A stretch of DNA of 61,826 bases from an uncultured Clostridium sp. (GCA_900556135.1 USNR01000002.1:1-61826), one strand, 5' to 3'; shown: positions 1-11,278, counted from the stretch's first letter. Program-made: numbers and translations. Notes: generated by a model from the letters alone, not told the origin.

Positions 1-2
1 AT

Positions 3-428
3 GCCATAAGAACATGGTCTATACCTGGTAAAAAGTATGCTGTATATTGGTTATTTGCTTTTAGCAGAACTTTGTTCTTAAAAAACTCTTTTCCAGAGGA
101 TTTAAGATGTTATGAAGATGTTGCATTAATCCCTATTTTAGTAGGCACTGCTAGTTTAGTAACAACTATTGACTATGTTGGGTATAATTATACCTATAAT
201 AACTCTTTTAGTTTAACTCATGTTAATGATTTAGCAACTCAGAAATCACGGGCATTAGATTTCTACAAATCCTGTGAATATGCTGTGTCTCACTTTAAGA
301 ATTTGCCTAATGTAACTCCACATGATATCGATTTTTTTGAGAAAGATTATCAGAGGCGATTGAATGGTAAATTTAATTCTTTAAGTGATGAATTAAAGAA
401 AGAGTTTTCCAGTATTTATGGCAGGTAA
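3..428 (+). CDS. 3' end of a glycosyltransferase (GT2-like), truncated by the window start
   Basis: The frame of tracked ORF 72..428 stays open back to nt 3 (AIRTWSIPGKKYAVYWLFAFSRT...), so the gene enters from upstream. FPEDLRCYEDVALIPIL resembles the FPEG-x-YED segment C-terminal to GT2 catalytic domains. Family call is from motif memory only. Confidence 0.45.
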   Translation, partial: AIRTWSIPGKKYAVYWLFAFSRTLFLKNSFPEDLRCYEDVALIPILVGTASLVTTIDYVGYNYTYNNSFSLTHVNDLATQKSRALDFYKSCEYAVSHFKNLPNVTPHDIDFFEKDYQRRLNGKFNSLSDELKKEFSSIYGR

Positions 429-464
429 AAATAAAAGGTACTTCATTTAATTTTGAAGTACCTT

Positions 465-1001
465 TTATTTTTCTATTAACTTTAAATATTTATATGAAAA
501 GCTCTTCAAGTTTTCTAAATTTGCTTTTGCAAACTCTATAATTTTATTTGCTTTTTCATATGCTAATTCATAATCTTTTTTACTTATTATCCTTTGTTTG
601 TATGCTTGTTCTAGCTCATCTTCGTCTAGTAAATGTATTCTTCCATCATGTACAATAACAACATCTAAATATAAATCATCTTCATATGGTATACCATCTT
701 GCACTCCCAAATTTCTTGCAATATCTATATACCATTCTACTATTTCTTTGTTGTTATTAAAAATTGCTGTAATGCAACAATTTTTATTTTCAGGATATAT
801 TTCTAACCAATAATATCCTTTTGCTAATATACATCTTTCTTCTGGGTCTACACGCCATTCTTCTTTTACTTCTTCTATTTGAAGCAATGATATATTTCCT
901 ACAAATTCTTTATTATTAATATACATATTTTTGCATTTACTTTTTAGAATACTAGTGTTTGCTCTTCCATCTGCAAATCTTCTTTTCAGTTTTTGTTCCA
1001 T
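465..1001 (-). CDS. DUF402-domain protein (FomD/Ntdp-like nucleoside di/triphosphatase family)
   Basis: 178 aa. YWLEIYPENKN...WYIDIA...YEDDLYLDVVIVHDGRIHLLDEDEL pattern is typical of DUF402. GGTGA RBS lies before the ATG at 1001. Confidence 0.6.
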   Translation of the reverse strand: MEQKLKRRFADGRANTSILKSKCKNMYINNKEFVGNISLLQIEEVKEEWRVDPEERCILAKGYYWLEIYPENKNCCITAIFNNNKEIVEWYIDIARNLGVQDGIPYEDDLYLDVVIVHDGRIHLLDEDELEQAYKQRIISKKDYELAYEKANKIIEFAKANLENLKSFSYKYLKLIEK

Positions 1002-1071
1002 CTTTATTCACCATTTCAATATTACTATATTAATTATAAAAAGTCTAGTGTTCCTTATTTTTAATTATACT

Positions 1072-2937
1072 TTACAAATTTTTATTTCTTATAAAATCTC
1101 CTTCAAATTCTTCTGCTAAGATATCCATACTTAATCTATCATAATATTTTCCATTTATAAATTCTGTTTTTCTTATTTCTATTTTTGTTATATGTTTATA
1201 TGAAGCTAGTTCTTTTGTTTCTTTTGATATATCCTTTTTTAGTTGTTCTTCTACATTTTCTATTTCTAATTCTTTTACTTTGTCTGAGTTTAGATATACT
1301 TCTGCACATAGTGCTACTTCTTGTCCTATATCATTTTTTACAGATTTTACTATTGTTTCTTCAACATAAGGTATTCTTAATATATAATTTTCTATTTCTT
1401 CTGGATATATATTTTTACCATTTTGTGTTACTATAACATTTTTTGACCTTCCTGTTATATAAATATAACCATCTTCATCAATTCTTCCTATATCACCTGA
1501 ACAGAAATATCCATCTTGCATAACCTCGTTAGTTGCTTCTTCGTCCTCATAATAACCAAGCATTACAGTTGGTCCTTTTATTAATAGTTCACCTTCTCCT
1601 GCTTCATTTGGATTAATAACTTTTATATCTGTATCTAATACAGCTTTACCTGTTGAGGCATATCTAGAAGGTTCATACTCAGGTGTCAACGCTGCTATAG
1701 GCGCTGTTTCTGTAAGTCCATAACCTTGTAAGAATTTTATTCCTATATCTTCAACCCATTTTCCAACCTTTCCATCAATTGGAGCTGCTGCTGAAACTAT
1801 AATTCTAATGTTTCCGCCAAGGTTATCCAATATTTCTTTAAACACTTTCCTTTTTATATCTATGTTTACAGCTTTAAGGGCATTCGTGATATGTATCATT
1901 GAATTTACCATACCCTCTTTATTGCTCTTTTTGATTGTTTCATTTATTTTTTTGTATAAATTTTCGACTAAAAGAGGGACTGTAAGCATTGCTGTAGGCT
2001 TTGATTCCTGAAGATTTGGAACAATATATTTCAAACCCTCGCATATAGCCACTGACGAACCTGTTGCAAATGGTAATAAAAATCCTATCGTAGATTCATA
2101 TGTATGATGTAATGGCAAAATTGAGAATAATCTGTCTTCTGGATTCAATTTTACATATGCTGAAACAGCATTTATGTTTGCAGCTAAATTTCTATTGCAA
2201 ATCATTACTCCTTTAGATTTTGATGTAGTTCCTGATGTAAATATTAATACCTTAAATTCTTCTGGATCAATTTCTATATCCATATACGAATTATCTCCAC
2301 CATCTAATAATTCTTTTCCTTCTTTTATTAGATAATTTATTCCCATATGTTTACCAACTATGTAATCATCAGAATCCATTTCTATAAAATATTTTACTGT
2401 TGGTATGTTATTTTCTATTTTTCTTATGGCATCCTTTTTCTTAGCTGAAAAAATAACTGCTGTAGCTCTTGCTCTGTTTATTACATTTTCCAATTCGTTG
2501 TCTGGCAACTCCTTATCAACAGGAACAGCTATTCCTGCTCCACAAAGCATTGTCATATAAGATAAATACCATCCGTAAGTCGTTTCACTTACTATAACAA
2601 CTCTTGAATTTTTAGGCAACATTTTTATTAATTTTGTACCTAAAGATACCACATCTTCCCCAAATTGTTTATATGTTGTTTCCTTATAAGGTTCTTTATG
2701 ATTTGGCTTTTGTAATATTAATGGTTGATTAGGATAATTTTCCATAGAATGTATAAAAATTTCTTTTACTGTTTTGTAATTCGTATGTTCATATGGTTGA
2801 TACTTTTTATTTTTGCTATCTTTTTGTTTTTCCACCTTTTCGTAGTCTATCTTCATTTCATCTAAATCTTCTATATTATCCATTTTTATTTTATTAAATT
2901 TTAAATTTGGTATCTTAAAATCTTTTAATATTCTCAT
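1072..2937 (-). CDS. AMP-dependent synthetase/ligase (long-chain fatty-acid-CoA ligase type)
   Basis: 621 aa. AMP-binding signature IFTSGTTSKSKGVM, QGYGLTETAP and GDIGRIDEDGYIYITGRSKN. RBS GAAGGAAGGA. Confidence 0.85.
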   Translation of the reverse strand: MRILKDFKIPNLKFNKIKMDNIEDLDEMKIDYEKVEKQKDSKNKKYQPYEHTNYKTVKEIFIHSMENYPNQPLILQKPNHKEPYKETTYKQFGEDVVSLGTKLIKMLPKNSRVVIVSETTYGWYLSYMTMLCGAGIAVPVDKELPDNELENVINRARATAVIFSAKKKDAIRKIENNIPTVKYFIEMDSDDYIVGKHMGINYLIKEGKELLDGGDNSYMDIEIDPEEFKVLIFTSGTTSKSKGVMICNRNLAANINAVSAYVKLNPEDRLFSILPLHHTYESTIGFLLPFATGSSVAICEGLKYIVPNLQESKPTAMLTVPLLVENLYKKINETIKKSNKEGMVNSMIHITNALKAVNIDIKRKVFKEILDNLGGNIRIIVSAAAPIDGKVGKWVEDIGIKFLQGYGLTETAPIAALTPEYEPSRYASTGKAVLDTDIKVINPNEAGEGELLIKGPTVMLGYYEDEEATNEVMQDGYFCSGDIGRIDEDGYIYITGRSKNVIVTQNGKNIYPEEIENYILRIPYVEETIVKSVKNDIGQEVALCAEVYLNSDKVKELEIENVEEQLKKDISKETKELASYKHITKIEIRKTEFINGKYYDRLSMDILAEEFEGDFIRNKNL

Positions 2938-3007
2938 TTCTTGTTATATCCTTCCTTCATCTCTACAAATATGTCTTTCAATTGTTTTTATAATCTATCT
3001 AAATAAC

Positions 3008-3580
3008 TTATTTTACTTTTTTCAATTTTTTTATAAAGGTTTTATCTATTTCCGAATACAATTCTGGCACTTCTATTTCTTTATCTTTTCTCATTTTATA
3101 AATAAGACTTGAAGAAGTTAAACCAAAAATTCCTGATGCCATTACATTGCTGTCTCCATCTATTATTTCGCCCTTTTTTATTCCTTCTTTTATTATATTT
3201 TCTACTATTTCTATATATTCGAATATATATTTTTTACATATAATGCTTCTAGGACCACTTCCCCAAATTTCACTAAGTACTATTGTCATTAAATCTTCAT
3301 ACTTCACCAATACTTTTATTTGAATTAGTACAATTGCTCTTATCTTGTCTAACGAACTCGTTAAGTTTTCTGTTTTTATTTCAATACTATTTTTTAATAA
3401 TTTTACGCCTTCTTCTATTAGAAATTCAAATATTTCTTCCTTGCTCGAAAAATGATAATACAGAGTACCTTTAGCCACTCCAACAGCGGCAGTAATTTCC
3501 TCCACACTAGTTGCATCATAACCTTTTTCTGCAAATAACTTCATAGAAGCTTCAAATATTTTTCTTTTAGTTTTGTTCAT
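3008..3580 (-). CDS. TetR/AcrR family transcriptional regulator
   Basis: 190 aa. N-terminal HTH KRKIFEASMKLFAEKGYDATSVEEITAAVGVAKGTLYYHFSSKEEIF. Lies directly upstream of the acyl-CoA ligase gene on the same strand. Confidence 0.85.
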   Translation of the reverse strand: MNKTKRKIFEASMKLFAEKGYDATSVEEITAAVGVAKGTLYYHFSSKEEIFEFLIEEGVKLLKNSIEIKTENLTSSLDKIRAIVLIQIKVLVKYEDLMTIVLSEIWGSGPRSIICKKYIFEYIEIVENIIKEGIKKGEIIDGDSNVMASGIFGLTSSSLIYKMRKDKEIEVPELYSEIDKTFIKKLKKVK

Positions 3581-3724
3581 TTTATTTTCTCATTCCCTCA
3601 AAACAATTTAAAGGTATTATATAATATTTTCTTATTTTAATGCAATAGTATTTTTTGAATATCTAGTCGGGTATTCACAGATTGCCTTTCATTTATCCAT
3701 CCATTCAGTTTTTGTTAATTATCT

Positions 3725-4762
3725 TTATATGCTATTTATACTAATTCTATAGTTTTGTTTTTTCACTCTTTTTCCGTCTATCTCATCAAGGTTATTTAAA
3801 GCTTTACCTGTTCCTAACGCAACACATGATACGGCATCATCAGCTATAGTAACTTTTATGCCTGTAGATTCTTGTATCAATTTATCTAATCCATCTATTA
3901 AGCATCCTCCACCTGTCATAAAAATTCCTCTCTCACTAATATCTGCTGCAAGTTCTGGTGGAGTTTTTTCTAGTATAGAATGTACTGCTTCAACAATTTG
4001 CTCTCCGCACTCTTTAAGTGCATCTAACATTTCGCTTGAATAAATCGTTACAGTTTTTGGTAGCCCACTTGTTAAATCTCTTCCTCTTATTTGCATTTCA
4101 GCATCTTGAATTTTAGGATAAACACAACCTATATTAATTTTTAAATCTTCAGCCGTTCTTTCTCCTATCATTATATTATGTTTTTTCTTTATATATTTTA
4201 CAATAGCCTCATCAAACTTATCTCCTGCAACTTTAATAGATGTACTAATTACAGTTCCTCCTAATGAAATAATCGCAATATCTGTAGTTCCTCCACCTAT
4301 ATCTACCACCATATTTCCACATGGTTTTGATATATCTAAACCTGCTCCAATAGCAGCCGCCAATGGTTCCTCTATTAAGTACACTCTTCTGGCCCCTGCT
4401 TGTGATGCAGCATCTATTACAGCCTTTTTTTCAACTTCTGTGACCAAAGATGGTACACAAATCATAATTCTTGGAGCAAAAATATATTTACCACACACTT
4501 TGTTTATGAAATATTTAAGCATTCTCTCTGTAACAGTATAATCTGAAATAACACCTTCCCTTAAAGGTCTTGTTGCAATAATATTTCCAGGAGTTCTTCC
4601 TAACATTTTTCTAGCTTCTTTTCCAACGGCAAGAACCTCTCCAGTATTTTTGTCTGTTGCCACAACCGAAGGTTCTCTTAAAACAACTCCCTTTCCCTTA
4701 ACATATGCTATAACAGTAGCTGTTCCTAAGTCTATTCCTATATCTTGTCCCCAATCAAACAT
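3725..4762 (-). CDS. mreB: rod shape-determining actin homologue MreB/Mbl
   Basis: 345 aa. DIGIDLGTATVIAYVKGKG and VVDIGGGTTDIAIISLGG actin-fold phosphate motifs. RBS AAAGGAAG. Confidence 0.9.
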   Translation of the reverse strand: MFDWGQDIGIDLGTATVIAYVKGKGVVLREPSVVATDKNTGEVLAVGKEARKMLGRTPGNIIATRPLREGVISDYTVTERMLKYFINKVCGKYIFAPRIMICVPSLVTEVEKKAVIDAASQAGARRVYLIEEPLAAAIGAGLDISKPCGNMVVDIGGGTTDIAIISLGGTVISTSIKVAGDKFDEAIVKYIKKKHNIMIGERTAEDLKINIGCVYPKIQDAEMQIRGRDLTSGLPKTVTIYSSEMLDALKECGEQIVEAVHSILEKTPPELAADISERGIFMTGGGCLIDGLDKLIQESTGIKVTIADDAVSCVALGTGKALNNLDEIDGKRVKKQNYRISINSI

Positions 4763-5064
4763 TTATATCTTCCTTTCGTAATTCACATTTTCCCAAAACA
4801 TATAAAACAATTTATATAAAATTTTATTCTATTCATCTATATTATTATTTGTTATTTGTTTCAAATTCATTACAATTATATTACATTTCATGTCAAATAT
4901 CAAATACTTTTTGCAATTATATTAATTTTTATTATCTTTTATTTATACCCAAAATTTATATAACAAATTTTCATGCAACATTTTGTTTATTAGAAAAATA
5001 AACATAGCTTTTCTAATGAATAAAAATATGATGTGCAATTATCTTACACATCATACATAACATC

Positions 5065-7002
5065 TTATTTTGCAAATTCTTTTATTTCTTCATCAATTTT
5101 AGAGATAAATTCTTCTAATCCCATTGCTCCTATATCTCCATCTTTTCTGTCTCTTACACCAACTTGATTACTTTCTTGTTCTTTATCACCAACAATTAAC
5201 ATATAAGGAACTTTCTGTAATTGTGCCTCACGAATCTTGTATCCTGTTTTTTCTGCTCTATCATCAACCTCAACTCTTATACCTTTTTCTTCTAATTCAG
5301 CTTTAACTTTATTTGCATAGTCTAAATGTTTATCTGAAATTGGTAATATTTTAACTTGTAATGGAGCAAGCCATGTTGGGAATGCACCTTTTGTTTCCTC
5401 TATTAAGAATGCCATAAATCTATCAAGGGTACCCAAAATTGCTCTATGAATTACAACAGGTCTGTGTGCTTTTCCATCTTCACCTATATATTCAAGTTCA
5501 AATCTTTCTGGTAACAAGAAATCCAATTGACATGTAGAAACCGTTACATCATGACCAATTGCTGATTTTAATTGAACATCTAATTTTGGTCCATAAAATG
5601 CAGCCTCTCCTTCAGCTTCATAGAAGTCTAGATTTAGTTCTGTTAGTATTTCTCTTAATTCACTTTCAGCCTTTTCCCACATTTCATCATCATCAAAATA
5701 TTTATGTTTATCATTTTTATCTCTTAAAGACAATCTGAACTTATAATCTTTAAATCCAAAATCTTTATATACAGAAAGTATTAATTCAACAACCTTAGCA
5801 ACTTCTTCTTTTATTTGGTCTGGTCTTACAAATAAATGTGCATCATTTTGACACATTTGACGTACTCTTTCTATTCCACATACAGCACCACTATCTTCAT
5901 ATCTAAAGTCATGTGCTAACTCTCCAATTCTTATTGGTAAATCTTTATATGAACGCATCTTGCTTTTAAATATCAGCATATGATGTGGACAATTCATTGG
6001 TCTTAATACTAATTCTTCATTATCCATTTTCATTACAGGGAACATATCTTCTTTATAGTGATCCCAATGTCCTGAAGTTTTGTATAGTTCCACATTTGCA
6101 AGTGATGGAGTATATACATGTTTATATCCCATCTTAATTTCCTTGTCTTGAATATATCTTTCTAACAATCTTCTTACCGTTGCTCCATTAGGTAAATACA
6201 TAGGAAGTCCAGAACCAACCAATTTATGTGTCATAAACAATTCTAGGTCTTTTCCTAATCTTCTATGATCTCTTTGCTTTGCTTCTTCTAACATATTTAG
6301 GTGTTCCTCAAGAAAACTTGCTTTAGGGAAAGAAACTCCATAAATTCTTTGAAGCATTTTGTTCTTTTCATCGCCTCTCCAGTATGCACCTGAAGTAGAT
6401 AGTAGTTTAACACTTTTAACTTTTCCTGTACTAATTAAGTGTGGTCCTGCACAAAGGTCAGTAAACTCACCTTGTTTATAAAAAGATATTACTTCTCCCT
6501 CTGGTAAATCTTTTATTAGTTCAACTTTATAATCTTCTCCTAAATCCTTCATTAGCTTAATAGCTTCTTCTCTAGGAAGTTCAAATCTTTCTATTGGAAG
6601 ATCCTCTTTAATAATCTTTTTCATCTCTTCTTCTATTTTTGCAAAATCATCCTCTGAAAACTTTTCTTCCATATCAAAGTCATAATAAAATCCTGCTTCA
6701 ATAGCTGGTCCTATTGCTAATTTAACATTTTTATATAATCTTTTAATAGCTTGTGCCATTATATGAGAAGTTGTATGCCAATATGCTTTTTTACCATCCT
6801 CATCATCAAAAGTTAATATTTCTAGCTTGCAGTCTTTGTCTAATTTATATCTTAAATCTACAACCTTGCCATCAACTCTTCCAGCCATTGCTATTCTTGC
6901 TAAACCTTCGCTGATTTCTTTTGCAACATCAAAAACAGACACTCCGTTTTCAACTTGCTTTTTGCTTCCATCTTTTAATTCAATATTAATCAATTTAATC
7001 AC
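5065..7002 (-). CDS. thrS: threonine-tRNA ligase
   Basis: Motifs HWDHYKEDMF, RPMNCPHHMLIF and FRYEDSGAVCGIERVRQMCQNDAHLF. Start moved from the tracked 7029 to GTG at 7002 (VIKLINIELKDG), which follows AGAAAGGA and lies downstream of the T-box terminator. Confidence 0.93.
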   Translation of the reverse strand: MIKLINIELKDGSKKQVENGVSVFDVAKEISEGLARIAMAGRVDGKVVDLRYKLDKDCKLEILTFDDEDGKKAYWHTTSHIMAQAIKRLYKNVKLAIGPAIEAGFYYDFDMEEKFSEDDFAKIEEEMKKIIKEDLPIERFELPREEAIKLMKDLGEDYKVELIKDLPEGEVISFYKQGEFTDLCAGPHLISTGKVKSVKLLSTSGAYWRGDEKNKMLQRIYGVSFPKASFLEEHLNMLEEAKQRDHRRLGKDLELFMTHKLVGSGLPMYLPNGATVRRLLERYIQDKEIKMGYKHVYTPSLANVELYKTSGHWDHYKEDMFPVMKMDNEELVLRPMNCPHHMLIFKSKMRSYKDLPIRIGELAHDFRYEDSGAVCGIERVRQMCQNDAHLFVRPDQIKEEVAKVVELILSVYKDFGFKDYKFRLSLRDKNDKHKYFDDDEMWEKAESELREILTELNLDFYEAEGEAAFYGPKLDVQLKSAIGHDVTVSTCQLDFLLPERFELEYIGEDGKAHRPVVIHRAILGTLDRFMAFLIEETKGAFPTWLAPLQVKILPISDKHLDYANKVKAELEEKGIRVEVDDRAEKTGYKIREAQLQKVPYMLIVGDKEQESNQVGVRDRKDGDIGAMGLEEFISKIDEEIKEFAK

Positions 7003-7029
7003 AATCCTTTCTAATTTTGATAATAACAA

Positions 7030-7250
7030 AGCACCCCTAAATGCTTTGTTTTTGCATTTAGGAGTGCAATTTATTTACACGGTTCCATCCTAATTTTAAC
7101 TTAATTCATAAAAGTAAGCCTTAGCCAGCATTATTATACTGTGAGGTAGTTTTTCAAATACGTTTTCCTTTGTTGGCTTTCAGCCACGACCAACAATCTC
7201 TTTTGGCAACCTTTATTTTACTTTGTCTCATTACCTTTTCTTATTAACAT
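7030..7250 (-). promoter_or_regulatory. T-box leader (Thr specifier ACU) controlling thrS
   Basis: On the minus strand: promoter TTGACA (7285-7280), 17 nt, TATTAT (7262-7257). AGAGA box is present. Specifier-loop sequence is GAAAAACUA with ACU at 7150-7148 followed by A. T-box sequence GGAUGGAACCGUG is at 7090-7078. Terminator CCTAAATGC/GCATTTAGG is at 7036-7062. Confidence 0.85.
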
Positions 7251-7316
7251 ATTTTTATAATACAACTTTTTTTATGTTATGTCAATATAAAATTTTAATT
7301 TTTTATATATACTCAA

Positions 7317-8633
7317 TTATTCAACCTCATACCCTGGCTTTTCTAATAACCTAAACATATTCTTCTTGTATGCTTCAACTCCAGGTTGATTGAATGGATT
7401 AACTCCTAATATTTTAGCCGACATAGCACATGCAAGTTCAAAGAAATAAATTAGTTGTCCTAAATTTTCCTCATTCAATTCTTCCATTGTTATCATTATA
7501 TTCGGAACATTTCCTTCCACATGTGCCTCTATAGTTCCTTCCATCGCTTTTTTATTAACAAAGTCCATTGTCTTATCACTTAAATAGTTCAAACCATCTA
7601 AATCGTCTTCGTCAAATAATATTTCCATATCCTGATCAGTTTCATCTATATTAATTACTGTTTCAAATAGATTTCTTCTTCCTTGTTGAATATATTGACC
7701 TAAAGAATGCAAATCGGTTGTAAAGTCAACTCCAGCAGGAAAAACCCCCTTGCCATCTTTTCCTTCGCTTTCTCCAAATAATTGCTTCCACCACTCAGTT
7801 ACAAAATGCATTTTTGGCTCATAGTTAACTAATATTTCTATATTTTTTTGATTCTTATATAATATATTTCTTACCACAGCATATTGGTAACATTCATTAT
7901 ACTTTAAATTTGAGTCACTATATCTTTCTTGTGCAAATCTTGCTCCTTTCATTAATTTGTCTATATCTATCCCCGCAACTGCAATCGGTAATAGCCCAAC
8001 AGCTGTAAGTACTGAGAACCTTCCTCCAATATTATCTGGCACCACAAATGTTTCATATTTTTCTCTATCAGCAAGCTTTTTTAATGCCCCTTTTTCTTTA
8101 TCTGTTGTTACATAAATCCTCTTTCTAGCTTCTTCAAGTCCATATTTTTCTTCTAACAATCTTCTTAGCATCCTAAATGCAATTGCTGGTTCTGTTGTTG
8201 TTCCTGACTTTGATATTACGTTTATAGAAAAATCTTTGTCTTGAATAAACATCATAAGTTCTTTCATATATGATGGACTTATATTATTCCCCGCATATAA
8301 TATTTTAGGATTTGAAATCTTAACAGATTCTTTCATATTATCAAAAGAATTTCTTAATGCTTCAATTACAGCTCTGGCACCTAAATATGACCCACCTATT
8401 CCGATTACTACTAATATTTCTGAATCCTTTTGAATTTTTTTAGCACACTTTTTTATTTTGCTAAATTCTTTTTTGTCATAGTTACTTGGTAATTCCAACC
8501 AACCAAGGAATTTATCCTCTTCATCTTTTGTTTTTTGCAATTCTTCATGTATTTTTTTCACTTCTTTTTCATATTCTAATATCTTCTTTACTTCTATCCC
8601 AGAATATCTCAAATCCATTTTTAAACCTAGCAT
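7317..8633 (-). CDS. pgi: glucose-6-phosphate isomerase
   Basis: 438 aa. [43 protein letters not shown] and [26 protein letters not shown]. Confidence 0.9.
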   Translation of the reverse strand: MLGLKMDLRYSGIEVKKILEYEKEVKKIHEELQKTKDEEDKFLGWLELPSNYDKKEFSKIKKCAKKIQKDSEILVVIGIGGSYLGARAVIEALRNSFDNMKESVKISNPKILYAGNNISPSYMKELMMFIQDKDFSINVISKSGTTTEPAIAFRMLRRLLEEKYGLEEARKRIYVTTDKEKGALKKLADREKYETFVVPDNIGGRFSVLTAVGLLPIAVAGIDIDKLMKGARFAQERYSDSNLKYNECYQYAVVRNILYKNQKNIEILVNYEPKMHFVTEWWKQLFGESEGKDGKGVFPAGVDFTTDLHSLGQYIQQGRRNLFETVINIDETDQDMEILFDEDDLDGLNYLSDKTMDFVNKKAMEGTIEAHVEGNVPNIMITMEELNEENLGQLIYFFELACAMSAKILGVNPFNQPGVEAYKKNMFRLLEKPGYEVE

Positions 8634-8780
8634 AAGTTCACTCTCCTTTGTTAAATATTATTCATATGTTTTCCTCTTTATTTTCAGTTTTATTTTATAA
8701 TATAATAAAAAAAATAGCAATACGAACTTGCTATTTTTTCTATAACCATTACTTATATATTTTCTTTCACTATTTAACTA

Positions 8781-9620
8781 TTATTCCTCAACTCCAACAT
8801 ATATTGAGTTATCTGAAAATGCTAATATAGATTCAAATATCGGCCACAATAACCATAATCCAAACCCAAATGCAGGAGTTTTATCAAATGCTTCTGCTAG
8901 CATAAATCTACTTGCTACTTTTACTATCCATAGTAAAGCCCATCCCACAACTGGTATGCATAACAATATTAACCATAAAGGTGTCATTCCACAAATTTTC
9001 AACATTGTTACATCCCTATATATTGGAATAAATATTGCCCATGGCTTTTTTCCAGCTTTTTTGTATATTATAAATCTTACTATTAGTTTATACACTTCTA
9101 ATATAACAATTATAATTACTATACTATGAATAATATTGGCAGACCACAAAACAGATAATACTAAATCAGCCTTATCTGCTGTCGTCATATCGGCTGTTGC
9201 CTTTTCCATTAATTCCGAAACTGTTGCACCTGCTTCTAAATCATCCAAAGTTTCATCTATATTTAATTTATCAAGAACCTTGTTTACTTGTTTTTCATCA
9301 AAATTTTTCAATACCTTATTTATAGTATCAACATTATCTGCACTAATATTTTTTTCTTCTAACTCTTCTTTGCTTTCCTCAAGCATTTTTGCTATCTCAT
9401 CATTTGTATACTCTTTACTTAACTCTCTATATTTTTCTATTGCTTGTGCCAGATTAGATTTTGTTAATCCTTGCTCTCCAAAAGATTCTACCACACTATT
9501 TATTATCTCTTTTGGTTCAACTTCTTCTGCTTCTATATTTTCAGCATTCACATTGATATTAAAAGTGCAACACATAATTATCATTGCTATAATCGCTACT
9601 ATTATCTTGACTTTTTTCAT
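8781..9620 (-). CDS. membrane protein with acidic extracytoplasmic region and DUF5684-like C-terminal TM domain
   Basis: Signal/anchor KKVKIIVAIIAMIIMCCTF. C-terminal KKAGKKPWAIFIPIYRDVTMLKICGMTPLWLILLCIPVVGWAL. Start placed at the second ATG (9620), 6 nt after AAGGAG; the tracked ORF extends to 9665. Confidence 0.55.
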   Translation of the reverse strand: MKKVKIIVAIIAMIIMCCTFNINVNAENIEAEEVEPKEIINSVVESFGEQGLTKSNLAQAIEKYRELSKEYTNDEIAKMLEESKEELEEKNISADNVDTINKVLKNFDEKQVNKVLDKLNIDETLDDLEAGATVSELMEKATADMTTADKADLVLSVLWSANIIHSIVIIIVILEVYKLIVRFIIYKKAGKKPWAIFIPIYRDVTMLKICGMTPLWLILLCIPVVGWALLWIVKVASRFMLAEAFDKTPAFGFGLWLLWPIFESILAFSDNSIYVGVEE

Positions 9621-9767
9621 CATTTTCTCCTTTTTTTCTACAGTTAATCTTGTATATTTTAGCACATACTCTTTTGTTATTCAATATATTTTTAATTATT
9701 CTAAGTAACTTTTTTGTGAATTTTTTATAATATTATATTAAAGTATTATTTTTGAAAGGATTTTTAT

Positions 9768-10685
9768 ATGATTGTAAATACAACTATTCCATACACTTCA
9801 GATATTTTGGAAAATACCATACTTTCATTAACTAAAGCATTTCCCTTTATAAGAAAAGTAACTATTGGAAAAAGTGTTCTTGAACTTCCTATTTACTGTT
9901 TGGTATTTGGAAATGGTCCTAAAGAAGTTTTTTATTCTGGAGCTTTTCATGCTAACGAATGGATTGTTACTCCATTGTTACTAAAGTTTATAGAAGATTT
10001 TTGTTTTGCCTACACCACTAACAATTCAATTCACGGTCAAAGTGCTTTAAATATTTTTAACACAAGAACTTTTTATATAGTTCCAATGGTCAATCCAGAC
10101 GGAGTAAATCTTGTAAACAATAATATTCCAGATACATCTACCGCATACATGCAGGCAAGAAAAATCTCGAGCCAATACCCTAATATTTCTTTCCCTTCTG
10201 CTTGGAAAGCAAATATAAATGGTGTAGATTTAAATCTTCAATTTCCTGCCGGTTGGGAAAACGCAAAAACAATAAAATATGCTAATGGTTTTAACTCTTT
10301 TTCTCCCAGAGATTTTGTCGGGCTAAAGCCTTTAACGGAGCCTGAAGCATTAGCAATTTATAATCTTACTTTATCACATAATTTCAAGTTAATCCTAGCT
10401 TATCATACTCAAGGCAAAGAAATTTATTGGCAATTTAGAAACTATGCTTCTTCCAAAGCTTATTTTATAGGACAAAAATTTGCAAAAGTCAGTGGCTACA
10501 CTTTAGCAGATGTTCCATATGAATCTAGCTTTGCAGGTTATAAAGATTGGTTTCTGCAAGAATATGGTAATCCTGCTTACACCATAGAAGCTGGAATTGG
10601 TCAAAGCCCACTATCACTTTCACAATTTGATAAGATTTATAAAGACAATCTTGGAATATTAGTTTATGGAGCCACGTTATCTTAA
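9768..10685 (+). CDS. M14-family zinc carboxypeptidase (gamma-D-glutamyl-L-diamino acid endopeptidase-like)
   Basis: 305 aa. GAFHANEWIV (H-x-x-E zinc ligands), IVPMVNPDGVNLV and AYHTQGKEIYW. Confidence 0.8.
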   Translation: MIVNTTIPYTSDILENTILSLTKAFPFIRKVTIGKSVLELPIYCLVFGNGPKEVFYSGAFHANEWIVTPLLLKFIEDFCFAYTTNNSIHGQSALNIFNTRTFYIVPMVNPDGVNLVNNNIPDTSTAYMQARKISSQYPNISFPSAWKANINGVDLNLQFPAGWENAKTIKYANGFNSFSPRDFVGLKPLTEPEALAIYNLTLSHNFKLILAYHTQGKEIYWQFRNYASSKAYFIGQKFAKVSGYTLADVPYESSFAGYKDWFLQEYGNPAYTIEAGIGQSPLSLSQFDKIYKDNLGILVYGATLS

Positions 10686-10745
10686 TCAAACTACGTTAAA
10701 AAAAGTCCTACCAACTTTTCGAATAAACATCCAACTAGTTAAGCA

Positions 10746-10778
10746 AAAGCATCTCTAAGTAATCATTAGAGATGCTTT
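10746..10778. terminator. bidirectional intrinsic terminator between convergent genes
   Basis: AAAGCATCTCTA (10746-10757) pairs with TAGAGATGCTTT (10767-10778). It is flanked by an A-run and a T-run. Confidence 0.7.
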
Positions 10779-10791
10779 TCAATTTTAATCT

Positions 10792-11268
10792 TTAACGGTT
10801 ATTTATTATTTCTCGTTTAATAGCATTTATTGAATCATTAACATATCTAGTTGCCTGTTCATCACCAATATATTTTCCGTATATTTTTCTTACAACATCA
10901 CCTACTTGTACATTTTCTGGTAAATCCCTTTCAAAAACAACACATTTATGTTCAATTTTATTTTTATACTGAGCTACTTTATATCTATGATATTCATGGT
11001 CATTTTCACACTTATCTGTAACAATAAATACTTCACCATTGCTTAAGTTTGATAACTCTTTTTCAAAATAATTCTCTAAAAAGTCCCATTTTCTTTTATA
11101 CAGCTCCATGTCTTCCTCTGGTGTTAACTTAATATCATCCATTTCTTCACTCTTTCCTTCATTTTTACGGTTAGCATTTTCTAAATATTCGCTTAATTCT
11201 TTTATAAAATTTTTTACAAAAGGACTATTTCCTATTTTTTCCGTTATTCTATTTAATTCTAAATTCAA
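10792..11268 (-). CDS. hypothetical cytoplasmic protein; candidate inhibitor/immunity partner of the upstream nuclease
   Basis: Start re-set to TTG at 11268 (LNLELNRITEK...), 6 nt after an AGGAGG that overlaps the nuclease stop codon. No signal peptide or TM segment. Rich in E/D/K. No recognisable family. Confidence 0.6.
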   Translation of the reverse strand: MNLELNRITEKIGNSPFVKNFIKELSEYLENANRKNEGKSEEMDDIKLTPEEDMELYKRKWDFLENYFEKELSNLSNGEVFIVTDKCENDHEYHRYKVAQYKNKIEHKCVVFERDLPENVQVGDVVRKIYGKYIGDEQATRYVNDSINAIKREIINNR

Positions 11269-11278
11269 ATAAAACCTC

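Noticed and set aside
9136-9708. 190-aa plus-strand ORF, together with many similar tracked ORFs antisense to confident genes. Examples are 598..813, 1185..1436, 12689..13166, 14119..14970, 27425..27778, 37799..38269, 48461..49026, 49375..49899, 53285..53665, 56182..56784 and 59239..59908.
   Set aside because: These are shadow ORFs on the opposite strand or in an alternative frame of well-supported genes. Their products are low-complexity (S/F/L/I-rich in the AT-rich part, R/A/G-rich in the GC-rich part), they have no RBS, and they have no recognisable motifs.
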